Shown in pieces: positions 36,001 to 50,100 of a stretch of 64,000 bases of DNA. Each line of letters begins with the position of its first letter. The stretch's first letter is position 1. A model generated the notes under the pieces. That model was not told the origin of the DNA. It saw nothing but the letters and a program-made list of their open reading frames with translations, and ran no database searches. The position numbers and the translations under genes are program-made. The DNA is from Lingula anatina (taxonomy: Eukaryota > Animalia > Brachiopoda): assembly GCA_051362555.1 (NCBI GenBank), contig CM120642.1, positions 4,712,001-4,776,000 on the forward strand, written 5' to 3'.

Positions 36001-37322
36001 CAACAAAAGGTAAAAATCTTCAATGTAAAAGACAGAAGAAAAAAAGGACAACAGAAACATGAAGATTTTTATGAACAGACCACAAGTGATAAAAATACAA
36101 CATAGCAAACTAAGGCTAACCTTAATGCAAATGTAACTGCTATAGAACGTAAAGCCATGATTCTGCAAATGAAATAGTAAGCCAAAGCAAAGAAGAAAAA
36201 CTTAATCCAAAACACTTCAGTAAAAAAAAAACACACATTAGCTAGAGTATATTTATTACTGTGTATCACTAGAGAGCACAAAGATGACCTGATAACTTTC
36301 ATTTAAAAAAAAAAAATTTTCTGAAAGAACATTTCAATCATGTCACTTGAATTGTTTCACCACCTTTCCACCATAGGGGGAGGTGGGTGTGGGGGCAGGG
36401 CGAGCGACTTCCAGTTATTTTTCCACAAGAGGGCATCATCTTAGGAGGAGCATTCCCATAGATTTTAGATCGATCTATCCCCATAGGGAGTCTTACTAGA
36501 TTACTGTCAGATAATCCGGCTTAAATGTCCGTCCCGCCTACTACAAGCTGTAAGGGGGTAATTAACTTTCGTGCCAGCTCGGCTGACAGCTATTTAGCGT
36601 GAACCCCCCCCCCCCAGGGAGTTATGTCAATGTAGTTGGATCGATCTAATATCTGGGAATGGGGTCTTAAGTGGCAAAACAAGAACATGTGACATGATCA
36701 AAACTATACTTTTTTCTTTCTCCTTTTTTTCTTTTTTGCACCAAAAAGCATCAGATAATCTTTCTCTCATAAAGTGGAAAGAAAAAGATGATTTTTGAGT
36801 CAAATCAAAGTTTACATTGTGATGTGACAGATGATTAAAATAAATTTTCTCTAAATCAGTTAAACATGCAATACTTTCAGATAAAAAAGCAAGACAACTA
36901 GATTGTGTTATAAAAAATACAAAAAATAAAGACGAAATTCAGGAATAAGAAAGGATGAAGAAAAATGCAATCATTTTTTTCATACATTCTATTTGAAAAG
37001 AGTATCTGTTAGAGACTATCCTAATTAAACAACCAAAACCAGAAGGTAGGGAAAGTACAAGCAACAGGAAAATGGTCATATTAAAAGATACTAAGCTAAA
37101 TACTTGAATTTGCAGAACACAAAAGAATAAGAAAAAATTCAACTAATTCATACCAATTTATGACCTTGATGCAATTTGCTGTCCTTGTCACCAATTTTGT
37201 TGTGAGTAATGTGACACAGAAATACAAGAAAATGGACTTCTTAAAAACTATAAATTCTACATGTATGAATCACCTTCCACCTCTTCTCCTTAAAGTCACT
37301 CCCCCCCCCCCCCCTCAAAAAA

Positions 37323-37365
<43 letters not shown>

Positions 37366-40300
37366 ACAAACTCCCTTTCTCATTTTATGTCATTCCCTCT
37401 CTAAAAATACTCCTCCCTTCATCTGGACTAATTCCCTGTCTAAAAATACCTTTCATCCTCCTTGGATGACAATTTCACAATTTGCCCCCGCCCCCTCCTC
37501 CTTTTCCTTCCTCTCTATAAAGACTTACTGGGACACCACAGCAATGTGCTGGTGCCGTAGCTCCGTCCAGAGTTCATCATTGTCGTCCAACAAAACCTCC
37601 TTCTCCTGGACATCACCTCCCACTGTGTTCTCATATCTAGGAAGATAACACATAATGCCATATCAGTTCACCAACACTAGCCCCATGCCAGTTGCCAGTC
37701 AAAATCAGACCAAAATTTGCCCAGTTATTGACTCATATTTCTGCATTGGGTAAGCTGTTTCTTAGCTTTATACATCCAGTGACATGAATAACAGGTCTCA
37801 ACTCATACAAATATCATTAAAAAGATACAAATTTTATTTTCAGTTGTAGTTCCTGTCTTACCTGTAAACATCATTTTCAATGGGCAGCAGGTCGTAGGCC
37901 ATAGCTTGGAATGATAACTCATGTAACAGAGGGGAGACGGGATCGAAGCCACGGTCCAGGATAATCAGCTGGGAACGTTCTTTCTGGGGGCCCTATGGAT
38001 CATTAAAAATAACAGTAATAAAATCAATTAAAACAACAACAGCAATAACAGTGCCTGCTTTTCCACTCTATAACAACACTGATAATTAAATGTTCTGAAT
38101 CCTTTTTTTATATCTGTTACATGTTATTTCAGTCTATTCCCTGTTACTAACCTCCCCCATGGTATGGTCATCAGCTTTATAGGCATCCAGCTTCTGCTGC
38201 ACCAGCTGGGCAAACTCAACATTCTTGTCAAAGTCACTAAAATAACCCAGCATTAACATTGAGGTGAAACGCAATACAAAATCATTGCCATGTTCTCTGT
38301 CAGTATGACTTCTTTTTCTTTTCTTTCTTTTTTTTTAAACATATGCCGACTGTTTTTCAATATAGGGTCAGTTTTGTTCCCACTTTCTTTAAATCAGTTT
38401 TTTCTTCTTACTACATGATTAATTGCAAACTCTTATCAAATATTTCGAATCAAAAGCATTTATCTTTATTGTATGTTCTTATTTGTAAAACATGTATAAT
38501 CCTTTGATCCCAATCAAGTAACAGTTACACATAAACCTGAGGGATGTGGTATTCTCGTCAACAGAGACCCTACCTTCTGTATCTGACTGAAGGGTATTCT
38601 CCCAGGGTGGCACACAGCGTGGCGATCTGCTCAGCACATCTCTCCAGGTGAGGAATTCTACCAGAATGGCGGCTCGGGTTGTAGTACACTTGGAATATGT
38701 CAGGAGAATCCAGAGAGAAAACCTATAGAATGGATGATGGGAATTTGAGTCAAGTAACAGAAAGCAATGTCAAAAAATGTGTATTTCAACTGTATATCTG
38801 ATGATGTTTCTAAATGTTATACTTATGATGGAAATTCAAAGAGATTAACAACCAAAACTTTTAAGATTTCCACTTCAAATGTATATACCAGAATCTGAAA
38901 AAAAAAATTAATGATCTCATGTGCTTAACCATCTTTGAAAGTGAAAGCCAGCAGAATATGCATTAACCATTTTTTAACAATGTTTTTCATTATCATTATA
39001 AACTTGACTAAATATAAAAGAAAAAAATCTCACCTGTCCTTCATATGGCAGAAAAGCTATGTTTATCTCTTTCAAAGCTTTAATTTTCTTGGCAGCAGTA
39101 GACTTACATAGTTTGTTGAATAGCTCATCAGGGCAAGCTGAAATATGAGCAAAAAAAAAAAAAAAAAGATAAACGTGAGAAATCAGTAAAAGAGCACCTA
39201 GTATTAAGTTTAAATTTCCATAAACCTTTTAAGTTAAAACAATCAGAAGTTATACTTCCAAAATTTCTAATTTTATTGAAAACATATAATTTTTTATGTA
39301 TAACTTTATTTTTGTCTACACAACTTCTATTTCTGTAATAAAATTTTCCTTCTGTGTGGATGGTTAAGGTATAAAATAAACATTAACATTAAAAAACATT
39401 AACAATGCACAGGAATGCTGCATGATTTTTTATTATCTATCTTTAATCAAATTGTTTTTTTTTTTTCTTATTATTTTGGGATCCCTTTTTGCATTCACAG
39501 TGTGTTCCAATATTTGTCACTTAATTAACCAATATCCAACACTCCAATGACCTTAAGCAAAAATGATCAAATTAACAAATTTTACTAGCCCCATTTTACT
39601 CTTTTTTGTATGTGGTGTGTTGGACCAGCATAACACATTCAGACTGATATCAATTAGGAAATTACCTTCTGTAAAGTACACATGGGCACACTTGTACTGG
39701 CAGTTAGTTGGGGAGTTGAAATCATGGATCAACTGATTGATACTCTGTAAAAAATAATTAATAAATAAAAGAAAATCATATCTGTCAGGTCAACAATTTT
39801 GTATGATTTAGTAACCCTAATTAGTGTCGCAATTACTTCTAAAAAATACATAGACCCGTGTGTAGATTGAGCTTCAAAGCCCATCCTCTTCACATTTTAA
39901 TTTCCACATAAGGCTCCTGAACTGGTAAACATCCCTGAAAAACAAAGATGCTGGCACGCATTGTAACTGAAGCTCAAGGTAATCTGCCCACATTCCTTAA
40001 TGAAATCACATCCATTTGCCTGTCAAAGCATTCCCCATGTGTAGGCGTCACATGGATACTTGTATATTTAGTTTCAAATTAATATCCTCACTTCATTAAG
40101 GCAGAGGAAATCCACTCAGATAATCACGTCACTGAATTATCACACAGTTCCTATTTTTGACTCTGATGTCCTGGCATGCTGAAAGCAACTTGTAAACACC
40201 ATCATGACACCTAGAAACATCATCATTCAGTCATCCAGCTCAAGTGAATGTTTTCTTTTTTTTTTTTAAATTTTTTTTTCTGGTATCAGATTGAAAAATG

Positions 40301-43300
40301 TCAGCATCTTTTAATACTTCTATACATTTTAATGGGGACACTAATGATCATAAAGTCATCTGCTCATTAGTGATATTTCACCTTACTAATGATGTATATC
40401 ACAAATGCAGGTAACTTATAAACATCTGGTCCAAGAAACATTATTTGACCAATTACAGATTATGCTGTTAAAATACAGTAATTACGTAAAATTTTTCAAA
40501 TGCCTCACTTCTCATATTTTACTTTTCCAAGATTTAGCATTCTCAGAAATTCATGACGTGAAGTAAAGTATGTTTTCAGTATTTTGGAATCAACATTTTA
40601 AGTATCACCAACAAAACATCTTTTTTTTTTTTTTTTTTTTTTTGGGGGGGGGGGGGGGGGGGGCACAGCATTTTACTGACTGTTCATTTTAGAAAATATC
40701 CCTTGGTGTTTTGTACAAGTACTAACCTTTTCTACAGGAGTGATCAGATACACTGCTTCCAGTAATGGTAATGGCTCTCTCTTCTTGTTCAGATCCTCTA
40801 CCACTGAGCAATGACAACAACAACAAAAAAATTTCAATACTTGAAAATTTCACTTGCTTCACCATTTCAAAAAGTTTACTTTTTCAAAATTTATCATTTT
40901 CTGACATTCACAAAGATGCCTTTTCTTACAGACTTTGAAACAGCATTCTAAAATATTACTCATAGAACAACTTTAAGGAATAATTATAAATGTTGAACAT
41001 TGCAATGCATCAAACATTGGTTTAAGCTTCAAGGAGAAATCCAGTTATATAAATCTTACAAATTGCGTATTTAACATATGGTGTTGCTAGCTTACAAACA
41101 CTCAATTATAAGCAGAACTTTTTTTACCTGATACATAGCAGATTCAGTAAAATTACATTATATCTTAATCACTCCTTTGTCCCAGCTATTCTCAATGTAC
41201 ATTGATAGAATTCTTATTTCATCGTTTCAACTCACATGTAATGCCCTCTGACATGATCTCGTGCATTTTGCAGCATGCAGAAATCATGCGCATGCTCAGC
41301 TGGTCCACGACAAGGACTTTCCATTCTTCTCTCTTCTTGACACCCCTCACAACGTCTGACAAAATTTCTAAAAAGTAAATAATTAAGAAAATTTAAGTTT
41401 CTAAAAAATAAATAATTAAGAAAATTTAAGTTACTTCACATTGGTAGTATTCTGGTGCCCCATATTTTGGAGGTCCTTGGTGCTTATCACTGTAATGAAT
41501 TTTTCAATTTTAGGTAAAGTACAAAAAGCTCCAAAAGAACCCCTTGGTAAAAAAAAAAAAAACTTATGGAAATCCCTGCTACTGTAACATTAGAACTGAA
41601 TCATATCAAAATTTCAAAATGCACATAAACAACTTCCTCTCAGCACAACAAGGCATGTGTCCTTTAACAAATTACTTCTGTATGGGTGACAAATTAAAAT
41701 GTTAACTTAAGGTATTGTTTGGTTTAATTAGCAGGCTATATTAGGTCTTTTTCAGACAACTGGTTTCAACAGGTCGATCTTTCTAAAAAAAATTTTTTTA
41801 ATCCAAACATCTGATGATGCAAGTCATTTTCTTAACAAACCTACTTCTCTTGCCAAGGAATAATAAAAATCAATGCTATTTAATATAAATAAGGTAAAGG
41901 TTTTCATATATATACAAGTACTTGAAGTCAAGCATATTTTAAATTTCACAGTTATGTTGGCAAGACATTACTCCCCTGTTCAAGCATACAAAAAAAACAC
42001 ACATGTATCCGTCACATTAAAATAACCTGACCAGACTCTGAGAGCTGTATTGATTCTGTAGTCTCTGAGGCAAATGGCAACTATCTGTAATTTAATGCAG
42101 TATATTGATTGAGGGTTCCATACATAGATACATGCACACACAACATACCAGGACTTCCACGGATTGATCAATAAAATGTCATTTCTCCCTCACACAAAAT
42201 ATCCTATGAAGTATGAAAATAACCAGTTGGGCTGACATTTTTCTTTTAACAGTGCAAGGACAGAGTCTCAGATTTTCTTCTTCCTATATTTTCTAACATA
42301 TTATTGGTAATATTATTAACAGTTCTGTGCTCCATAATAACTTAATTAAATGGCTACATATGATACATTATAGGTATACTTCATATATTTGGTCCTAAAT
42401 ATAATCTTTGTATTATTGATAACTGTTTAGAACTTTCATTATTTTGTTCCTTCACCAAGTGTCAAAGAATGGCAGTTTTAAAATGTTCTGCCTTCTCACC
42501 AGCCTATTTTGAATGCTTTTATATGTATTTATAAAAGAGAATTTAGCTGCTGGCTTTAAATATTATAATTTGCAAATTATCTATATTGTATGTGCAAATG
42601 TGGTAATCCTAATGAGACCAACACCAAGTGTCTACAATGCCTCTAATGAAGAACTGCTGTTTCTTATTTTTTAGGTTAACCACAATAAGTACAATGTCCT
42701 AACTTAATATATACTTTTCTTTCCTTTACTAAAAAGTGACACCTGCTTAATTTCATGGCAACTATGGATTGGTCCTACAAAAATTTCAATATACTGATTA
42801 CTATTCTCTCATAAATTTTAGAGAAACCAAGTTTTTTAAAAAATATCTTTTGAAGGAAAACATACAGACATGATATTAATAACAAGTTTAATGAATGTGC
42901 AAATCATATACTAAGGTACCCGGGACCTGGTTCATACAGTAACATACAAAAAAGAATTCAAGGACTTTCAAGGACTTCTGAAGCTCTAAATTCAGTATTT
43001 TTCAACTTCAAGGACTTATTGAATGTACATAAGGGCAACGTATTAGCCAAGGGATATCTGTACAGTGCCCATATTCTGCCAATACGTCCCTTTTTGTGTA
43101 GAGCACCTACTAGTACTGGTATTCAATCACAACAGAAAGCACTATAACCTGATGCTAGGAATTTTTCTTGAAATGCTTACTTCTGATTTTATCAATAACG
43201 AGGTGAAAAAATGCCTTTGTTTAATGAAACATCATAAAAGTTATGGTCTCATATCTCCTAAACAAAAGGAATTAAAAACCAAACACTGGCACTAGATTGT

Positions 43301-44518
43301 AGTTCTCAGTCACGTTGTACACCATGCCAGTTTCCATGATAATATCTTGCTTAGTAACAGAGTTATGTCAAAAACCAATTACTGTAGATATCTCACTTTT
43401 CAAAGCATCGAAATGGACAAATTATGTCTGAACACCCCAGAAGTGAGTAGTATAATAAAACAAATAAAGAAATAAAAAGGACTTTGTGCTCTAAAGATGT
43501 TGATTATTAATGCACTAATATAAAAAAAAAGTATTTCACATAAAAGAATTTGCAGCATATCAAACCCAATTAACCATACAACTGAGCATGATTAAGGCAA
43601 GAAAGTAAGTCATTAAGTAAATGTGTATGTACTAGGCTTGCACGAAAATATGACGTCAATGGCAGGTTTGATGATTATGACAATTAACTTATCAATTTAA
43701 TCAGGGAATATCACCCTTTTTTTTTTTCATTTCTTTTTAAAACTTATCCTTCAGACTCTGGGACACTAATGAATATTTATAAATTTTGGTGGTAGGGCTA
43801 GAGGCTGGATATCTGGACAAACATAATATATGTTTTTCAGTCATTTATGTGCATGATTGAAAAATATTAATAGCTACTTTCATAAAAATCCTGTTGAAAA
43901 ACCAAAATAATATCTGAGTACGAAGTTACTGGCAACAGTGCAAATTGTATGTTCACGTTTATATCTTAGCAAACTTTTTATTTCAAGTGTCAGGAAATAT
44001 TTCAGTTATGTTTGAATTATTTGTTGATTTTCTAAAGTGTGATAATGACTCGTGCTTCCCTGCTGTAAATTTAAAACGAAACTTTAGAATTTAATGAGGG
44101 TCCCACCCATTCAATTTTACAAGTCATAATTCTAACTCAGAAGATAATGATATCATGCCGCGTATCTCCCATAACCATTCAAGTTCAATCATTTTACTAT
44201 TAAGGCTAAAACATAAGATCATCATCATCATTTTAACGCTTTTCTGTAAGGACCGCGGATATTATATACGGCCTATTATATATAGTAAATTATCACTAAT
44301 AACACTGACATATCGACGAGTTTACTGCGATCTCGATAGAGCATTTCTGATCTCAAAAAAAAATCTAAACCATAACCAAGATTTGAAATATGTGCGTTTC
44401 AATAAACAAGTGCTAACTGCACAGTTACTATACATAATCCTTAAAATAATGAATGACAAGCAGTAATTTTCATAAATTTTCTATACTCACTTTGATGGAC
44501 TGCCTGCTTCAGCGCCAT
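20454..44518 (-). CDS. STXBP1: Sec1/Munc18 (SM) family protein, Munc18/unc-18/Rop (syntaxin-binding protein 1) orthologue, about 593 or 603 aa
   Basis: Phase-consistent minus-strand exons: 44491-44518, 41236-41367, 40727-40803, 39666-39744, 39034-39137, 38574-38722, 38152-38236, 37862-37992, 37529-37636, 35233-35452, 34686-34824, 34179-34288, 24226-24339, 23533-23618, 23036-23193, then 22012-22103 or 20454-20515. Diagnostic peptides: [143 protein letters not shown]. Confidence 0.97.
22012..22103 (-). CDS. STXBP1: Munc18 alternative terminal exon A ([30 protein letters not shown])
   Basis: Acceptor ccatag|GC in phase 1 matches the exon-15 donor; peptide matches the SM-protein C-terminal GSxHIxxPxxFL motif. 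Confidence 0.85.
22732..22988. mobile_element. Fold-back MITE family A, copy 2
   Basis: Shares ggatcgatcta, cttaaatgtc, aagctgtaagagggtaatta and the terminal aggcatgggaacccagtc-taa with 2394-2638. Confidence 0.7.
25253..25425. mobile_element. Degenerate MITE with family-B-like termini
   Basis: gggtccagtctcacacaagaa ... ctcttttgtgaaactggccc imperfect inverted ends. Confidence 0.4.
26637..26699 (-). CDS. STXBP1: Candidate 63-nt cassette exon of Munc18 ([21 protein letters not shown]), paralogous to the 3' half of exon 12
   Basis: ttttcaactag|CTC...CAA|gtatgt, phase 0-0, no stop; aligns with [21 protein letters not shown] of exon 12. Confidence 0.6.
27590..28305 (-). repeat. 146-bp satellite array (about 5 units) in HINE copy 2
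   Basis: tctgccagttttggagata recurs at 27701, 27847, 27993, 28139 and 28285. Confidence 0.95.
28554..28845. mobile_element. 292-bp MITE with 26-bp TIRs and 6-bp TSD (IS3EU-like), nested in HINE copy 2
   Basis: TACGGAAGCCGACTGGTGCCATATGT / ACATATGGCACCAGTCGGCTTCCGTA; TSD catttt, single in the empty site of copy 1; interior holds five TATCTCGAAATTTCGAGATA palindromes (first with one mismatch). Confidence 0.8.
32963..33004. repeat. (AAAT)n microsatellite
   Basis: Direct observation. Confidence 0.95.
36444..36667. mobile_element. Fold-back MITE family A, copy 3
   Basis: Shares cattccca, gatcgatcta, ccggcttaaatgtc and aagctgtaagggggtaatta; inverted ends cattcccata..tagatcgatc / gatcgatcta..tgggaatg. 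Confidence 0.65.
37320..37366. repeat. (AAAT)n microsatellite
   Basis: Direct observation. Confidence 0.9.
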
Positions 44519-45256
44519 CTTGATTATTGACGTTAGAGGCTCATGGGATACTGAAATAAAATAGGAAAGATTGCTTTCAATTATTACGAATTCGACTGAT
44601 ATATTTTGCCCAACACTATTGGTGTATAATGATTTATATTATGATTTCATATAACGAAAGTTATTTATAGTATTGACGTTATCTCGTCGATTCTCGCTGA
44701 TTTTAATTAGGTCACGACATCTAAAGAGGGCTGGGATCATCGTATTTCATTGATTGATATGGACTATCAGCTTGTTGCGGCAAAATGCAACTAGGAAGCC
44801 GGGTCTTTCCCTCGCAGGCGTAAAATATTGCAAATGCAGAATGCACAAGCGCTAAATATCGATAGATAAGGAGTATTCGATCACTCCAATAAGCTACAGC
44901 AGCCAAGCACAGGTGGGTATACTCATTCAGTTGTTGTTGTTGTGACTACCCATGATGTCAATATTGTAAACTGCTATGACATGTGCGATGCGATGTGGTG
45001 AAATTGACAGCATGTAGATTACAATTCAACTGGGTCATTGTCAGGTCAGGCCTTAATAAATATTGTAATCGGGCATTGAATCATAGGTCACTTCCGATTT
45101 GAATCCAAATACACGTAGCTCCAACTTCAGAATCAGAAAATGTAGAAGGTTGATGGGATTGAAGTAAACTGTAGAACTGAACATTGAGAATGTTTTAGTT
45201 TAAAACATCGTGGGTGGTTCAGATATTGTACATGTGGAAATGAAAGTGGTATCGCT
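44519..45256. promoter_or_regulatory. Bidirectional promoter/5' UTR region shared by Munc18 (-) and the third gene (+)
   Basis: Divergent ATGs about 740 bp apart; locally CpG-rich compared with the CpG-depleted gene bodies; TGACGT half-CRE motifs near 44528 and 44674; ETS-like CACTTCCG near 45089. Confidence 0.6.
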
Positions 45257-47099
45257 ATGGCTGAAGTCGGAGTCAATGCTACAAACACCACACATAGTCA
45301 AGATGTAGAGCATGGTAAATGAGTATGATCTATTTTATATTATATTTGTTTATACTGTGTATTTCATTCTCCAAGATCAGCTTGTATTTGGAAACTTTAC
45401 ATGGCACTTGAGTCTGTTCTCTTTATGTGTTTACTTTCATATATGTAGACATTGAACTGTGAACTTTTAACATGATCAACCAGAGAAGACTGGTATAGTG
45501 TAAAGTTAAGTTAAAGGGGACAGTACCCGACAAGTTGGCCTGGTATTTGTCTGCAATTGATGATCTGTTCTGTGCTAGTATTCTGTTGTATGCTTCCTTT
45601 TTAGCTGCCTGCCTATCAGTGTCTTTTTAAAATTTTGTTTTATAACTTTTTTTTCTTTTTGAATCAGTCTCATCAGTTATAGTTCAAGTTACTTTCTCCT
45701 TCAGTTTTAACATGTTTTTCAAACATTTTCCCTGTTAATCTTTGTATATGATATATTTAAGTAATTTATAGACTTAAAGATCAAAAAGCACTTTTATTTA
45801 TTCTAATGTAGATGTGGTGGACTGATGCCATTAGGAGGAAATAGGTTAGTAGTAAGTTGTAATCTTTAAACGCATTAGGAAGTGGTCAGATACAGCGGTC
45901 AAGTTTAAATAGACTTTCTAGTAAGGCAGGACTTAAATCATTTGAGTCACTATGGGGTTTTATAATCATAAGCATGTACATGCTTCTGCATCAGTCACCT
46001 TTCAATTATTTTTTTTGCAAAATTATGAAAAAAGAATGAATCATAGATTGACAGATTGACCTTTGGTGCATTGCATAGGTTTTCTTCAAGAGACATGTCA
46101 CTATGCCCAGCTGGGTTACCTTAAAGGTATACTAGTAAGTACTTTGCATATTTCCTTAAAGATGTACATATGAAAAATTAAATGCCCCGGAGTTATATTT
46201 TTTGTATCTATATATCCTGTAAAGCTTATCAGCTTTTCTAATTTGGCCCTAAAATTTCTGTCAAATAAAAGTACTTGGTGTTGATATGTTTCCTTTTGCA
46301 ATGTATAGGAAGACTTGGCAGATATTTAAACAATATCATTTGATTAAAAGTGATATAAAACATGAAACCACTCAACCAATGATACATGTTTTTTTTTTTT
46401 TTTTTTTTTTTTTTGCCAAGGAAAGATGAATTTGGACCTTTAAATAGAGCATATTCCAAATTTTGCTAATACTAATAATAAATATAGTAGATGTCTGTCA
46501 CCCAGCTGATGAATTCATAAATCTCTTTATTACCTCTGAAAAGGAAGGAGTTTACATTGCCATTATTTCCTACTGTTTGTACTGTATGTGACAAACGGGG
46601 TAAGATATCTCAAATTCTTTTTGTAGATAAAGTTTTCAGGATAAACAGTTTTCAGGACAGATAAAAGTTATTACGATATTTCAGCTGAATCCGGGTTTTC
46701 CAATATCTGTTATTCCTTTCAGTAGTTGTTTCTTTCCTTGACAGAGGCGTTTGCTGTTGGACTTCTCTCTACTTTGTTTTATGAAGAAGCATTCCAGGGC
46801 CTGTTTTTATTTTATCAAATTTTTTTTATTATTTATTTTATTTATTTATATTTACAAATCAGTAATCCAGATATCGTTTAAAAAAACCCATTTACTTCCT
46901 TTTAGAGACAAGTCAATTGCAGTCCTCAACAAGATCATTAAGTTATCACACAATAAGATAAGATTAGCGCTTTGATACCATACCGACAATATAAAGTACT
47001 GCAGCACTGGGTGATGGTGTTTATAAATCAACATTTTAGCAATATGTGTGCATGGCAACATTGGTACACAAAGATGTTCACAAATTAGATAAAAACAAA

Positions 47100-47167
<68 letters not shown>

Positions 47168-50100
47168 CTCCCCAACATTAATTTGTTACATATTTTGTTT
47201 TTGTGTGAAGATAAATGTAAAAAATTATCAAATTATGACTTCTCAGTTATAATCCCTGGTGGATATAAGAAATTGTCTAAGTTTATAAATTGAAAAAGGT
47301 ATGAGATAAATGAGTCTCTAAGTCTAACCAATTTAAGATTATCTTTTCAAGAATGTTAACACACCGAACATTGGGTATTGGCTACGCTGAGTCTTGTGTC
47401 TAGACTGATAATTCAGTTTCCAGTTCACTTAGTACAAAAGCCCCTGGTTAGTTTCAGTGTATATGATATCAGTTTTGCCATCTTGGCTATGAGTGGCAAT
47501 TGCAATATGTATTTCTTCAGTTTGTTGTCAATGGGGAAGGTGGTGAGAGAGCCCTAGACAGAAAAAAATAAGATCAGTGCTGTCATTTTTGTTCCATTTC
47601 CTTCTTTTTTTTTTTTTTTTTTCAAGTTTTATGCTTGATATGACTTTATTGATCCATATTATATTCCATTTAGGTATTTAATATACATCACCATTTAGTG
47701 TAACCCATTACACAACAAACAATGAAAAACCTATTTCATCAAATTAACTGTAGCTTTTTTTCTTCATTCACCAGACAAACACAAACTGATTAACAGGTCT
47801 GGTGAGATTTTATAGGATTTCTTCATTAGGCCAACATGAGTGTGATTCAGTCCACTTCATACAGACCAATGGCCTGGTCAAATCAATACATAATTGTTAA
47901 ATATATTGATGACCAATAGTTTGGATGACAGGATGATAGAGTACTATGTTTTATGGTCCCATCTCTTAGTAGATTGATTGGAGTTTAGTCATGCAACTTT
48001 CAATGATGGTTTAATTATTTATTTTAGATAATTATATCATAATTTTGATTTTATTCTTTTTTCTGGTCGCTATAGGCTATAATTACAAGTATATTTTTTA
48101 AATATAAAAGTTGTATTTGAGTCAATCTGTGCTTTCACCGAATAGGGAAATTTGATGCAAGAAGAACTAAAAACTTTCTTGTCATTTTTAGCATACATAT
48201 GTTTATAAGTAGCTTGTATCATAAGTGCTTTATGTTTTAGCAAAAAGCATGTATAACTTTATGATTGATACAATTAAATGGTTAATAGTCATGTAAGAGT
48301 AAAATCAGAGCTTTTAAACTGATTTTTGAGTATTTGTATGTATGTATAAGCCCTCATGTTTACGTCATGCATAGGAGCTTAATTATCATGCACTAGTAAG
48401 TGCACAATTCAGATTCACTACGTATGAAAATGTACATGTAAGTGCTGCTGTGAAAACTTTTCACCAAGTTAATCTGCCCTGAGGAAAGTGACAAATGATT
48501 AAAGGCGAAAAACGATGAGCAAGACAAGGATATAATGGAGTCATTCATCTTCCTCAATGGGACAATAAGGTTGTCACGAGACTGGTAGTCACAGTAATGG
48601 ATACTGTGCTTCCTCAACACAGAGCTGCATTCTTCTGGAGACAGATCGGAATTCCTTCTTGACACCTATACCCACTTGAAATATTTTAAATAAATAAAAG
48701 TTTTTATCTTCAACTATTACATTGCACTTGGCACAAGCTGGCTTGGGGATTTTCATTAAATCGTAAATATATACTAAATTCTTTACTTTGGAAAAATGAT
48801 ACTGATTTTTTTAATTTAGGGAATGTTATTTGATCACATTGAGAAGAAATGTGACTTGAAAGGTTTGTATTTGACATTTGTTGCGATTAAGACAAGGAGG
48901 AAAAAAGATATTTATAGGGTCATAGTTTTTTGATTAATCAAAATGAAACTGATTTGAATATTACTTAGTCATGGATGCACTTCTCAAATGACTTAAAATT
49001 ACTTCAGATTATTACTTTTTTTTTTCTGCATTGCTACTAGACAGGTAATTCCATGATTCAACTTACTTACAGACCTTACAATATTGTGTATCTGTAACCA
49101 ATAGACTAGGCCATTGCTGTACTTGTAAGTGACCACCAAATTGGAGGCAGACCAAAGAATTTGAGTTGTGTCAGAAATAGGAACAGAAAAGCAATTTTAT
49201 TATTGCACCAAGTGCAACCTTGGCAAAATAGGATATTATAAAAGAAAATGGGCCAGTGTACAGTGTAAGCCCCCCTCCCCCCCCCCCCCCACACACACAC
49301 ATGCACACACATTCATGTACATGCATGCATGCAGGTGTGGGCACACACTGACATAAGACAAAAGGTTTACACTTCAGCTGTAGATTGTGAAAAATTACAT
49401 CCTATCATTTGCCACTGCTGTTTTTTCTCCTCAATAAACAAATGCTATAAATTTACAAGGTTTTAAGTTTTGTACACAGCATTACAACTTCCAGTTAAAG
49501 GTAAAACTTATTGAGAACCACAGAATCTGTATTCAAGGTAAGATATATTCCAGGAATGGAATACAATTCATCAGTATGTGGAATTTTGCCAATATCTCTG
49601 GGGATAATTGAGTTAGTTCATTAGACCTACGTATTGGCTGATAGCCAAGACCAATATAAAGAGTATTTGCCTATTAAAATTAACTACAATAATTTCTTAG
49701 GATTAATTTCTATTTTGGTGTTAAAGGTCCTGGTGTGAAGAAAAATTCATTAAATATGGCACTTAGCAATGTAATGTTACCTTATTTAATGGATGCCAAT
49801 TACAGCTTTACTGCATTTCATGGATGTTTCATTATCTCATTTCAATCACCTACTAGTAATGGCATTTGGCTGGTGGCTATGAGAAAAACGTAAAGGCTGG
49901 TTGATATAAAAAAACTTAAGTTATCTCTGAAATCTTTCCAAATAATTTGAATTTATTTCCTCTTTAGATATTGAAAGTCATGATGGAAATGCATTATTTG
50001 CCTTTATGTCTTTCATAATTCACAGTGACACTATTTGATTTATGGTAGATCATGTGTTTTTGCCCCCACACAATACTCCATGTAATTCATTGATCAGCCA

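Noticed and set aside
40621-40663. Abutting T-run/G-run (and C-run/A-run at 23896-23933)
   Set aside because: Simple homopolymer tracts common in such genomes and error-prone in assemblies; no functional evidence.
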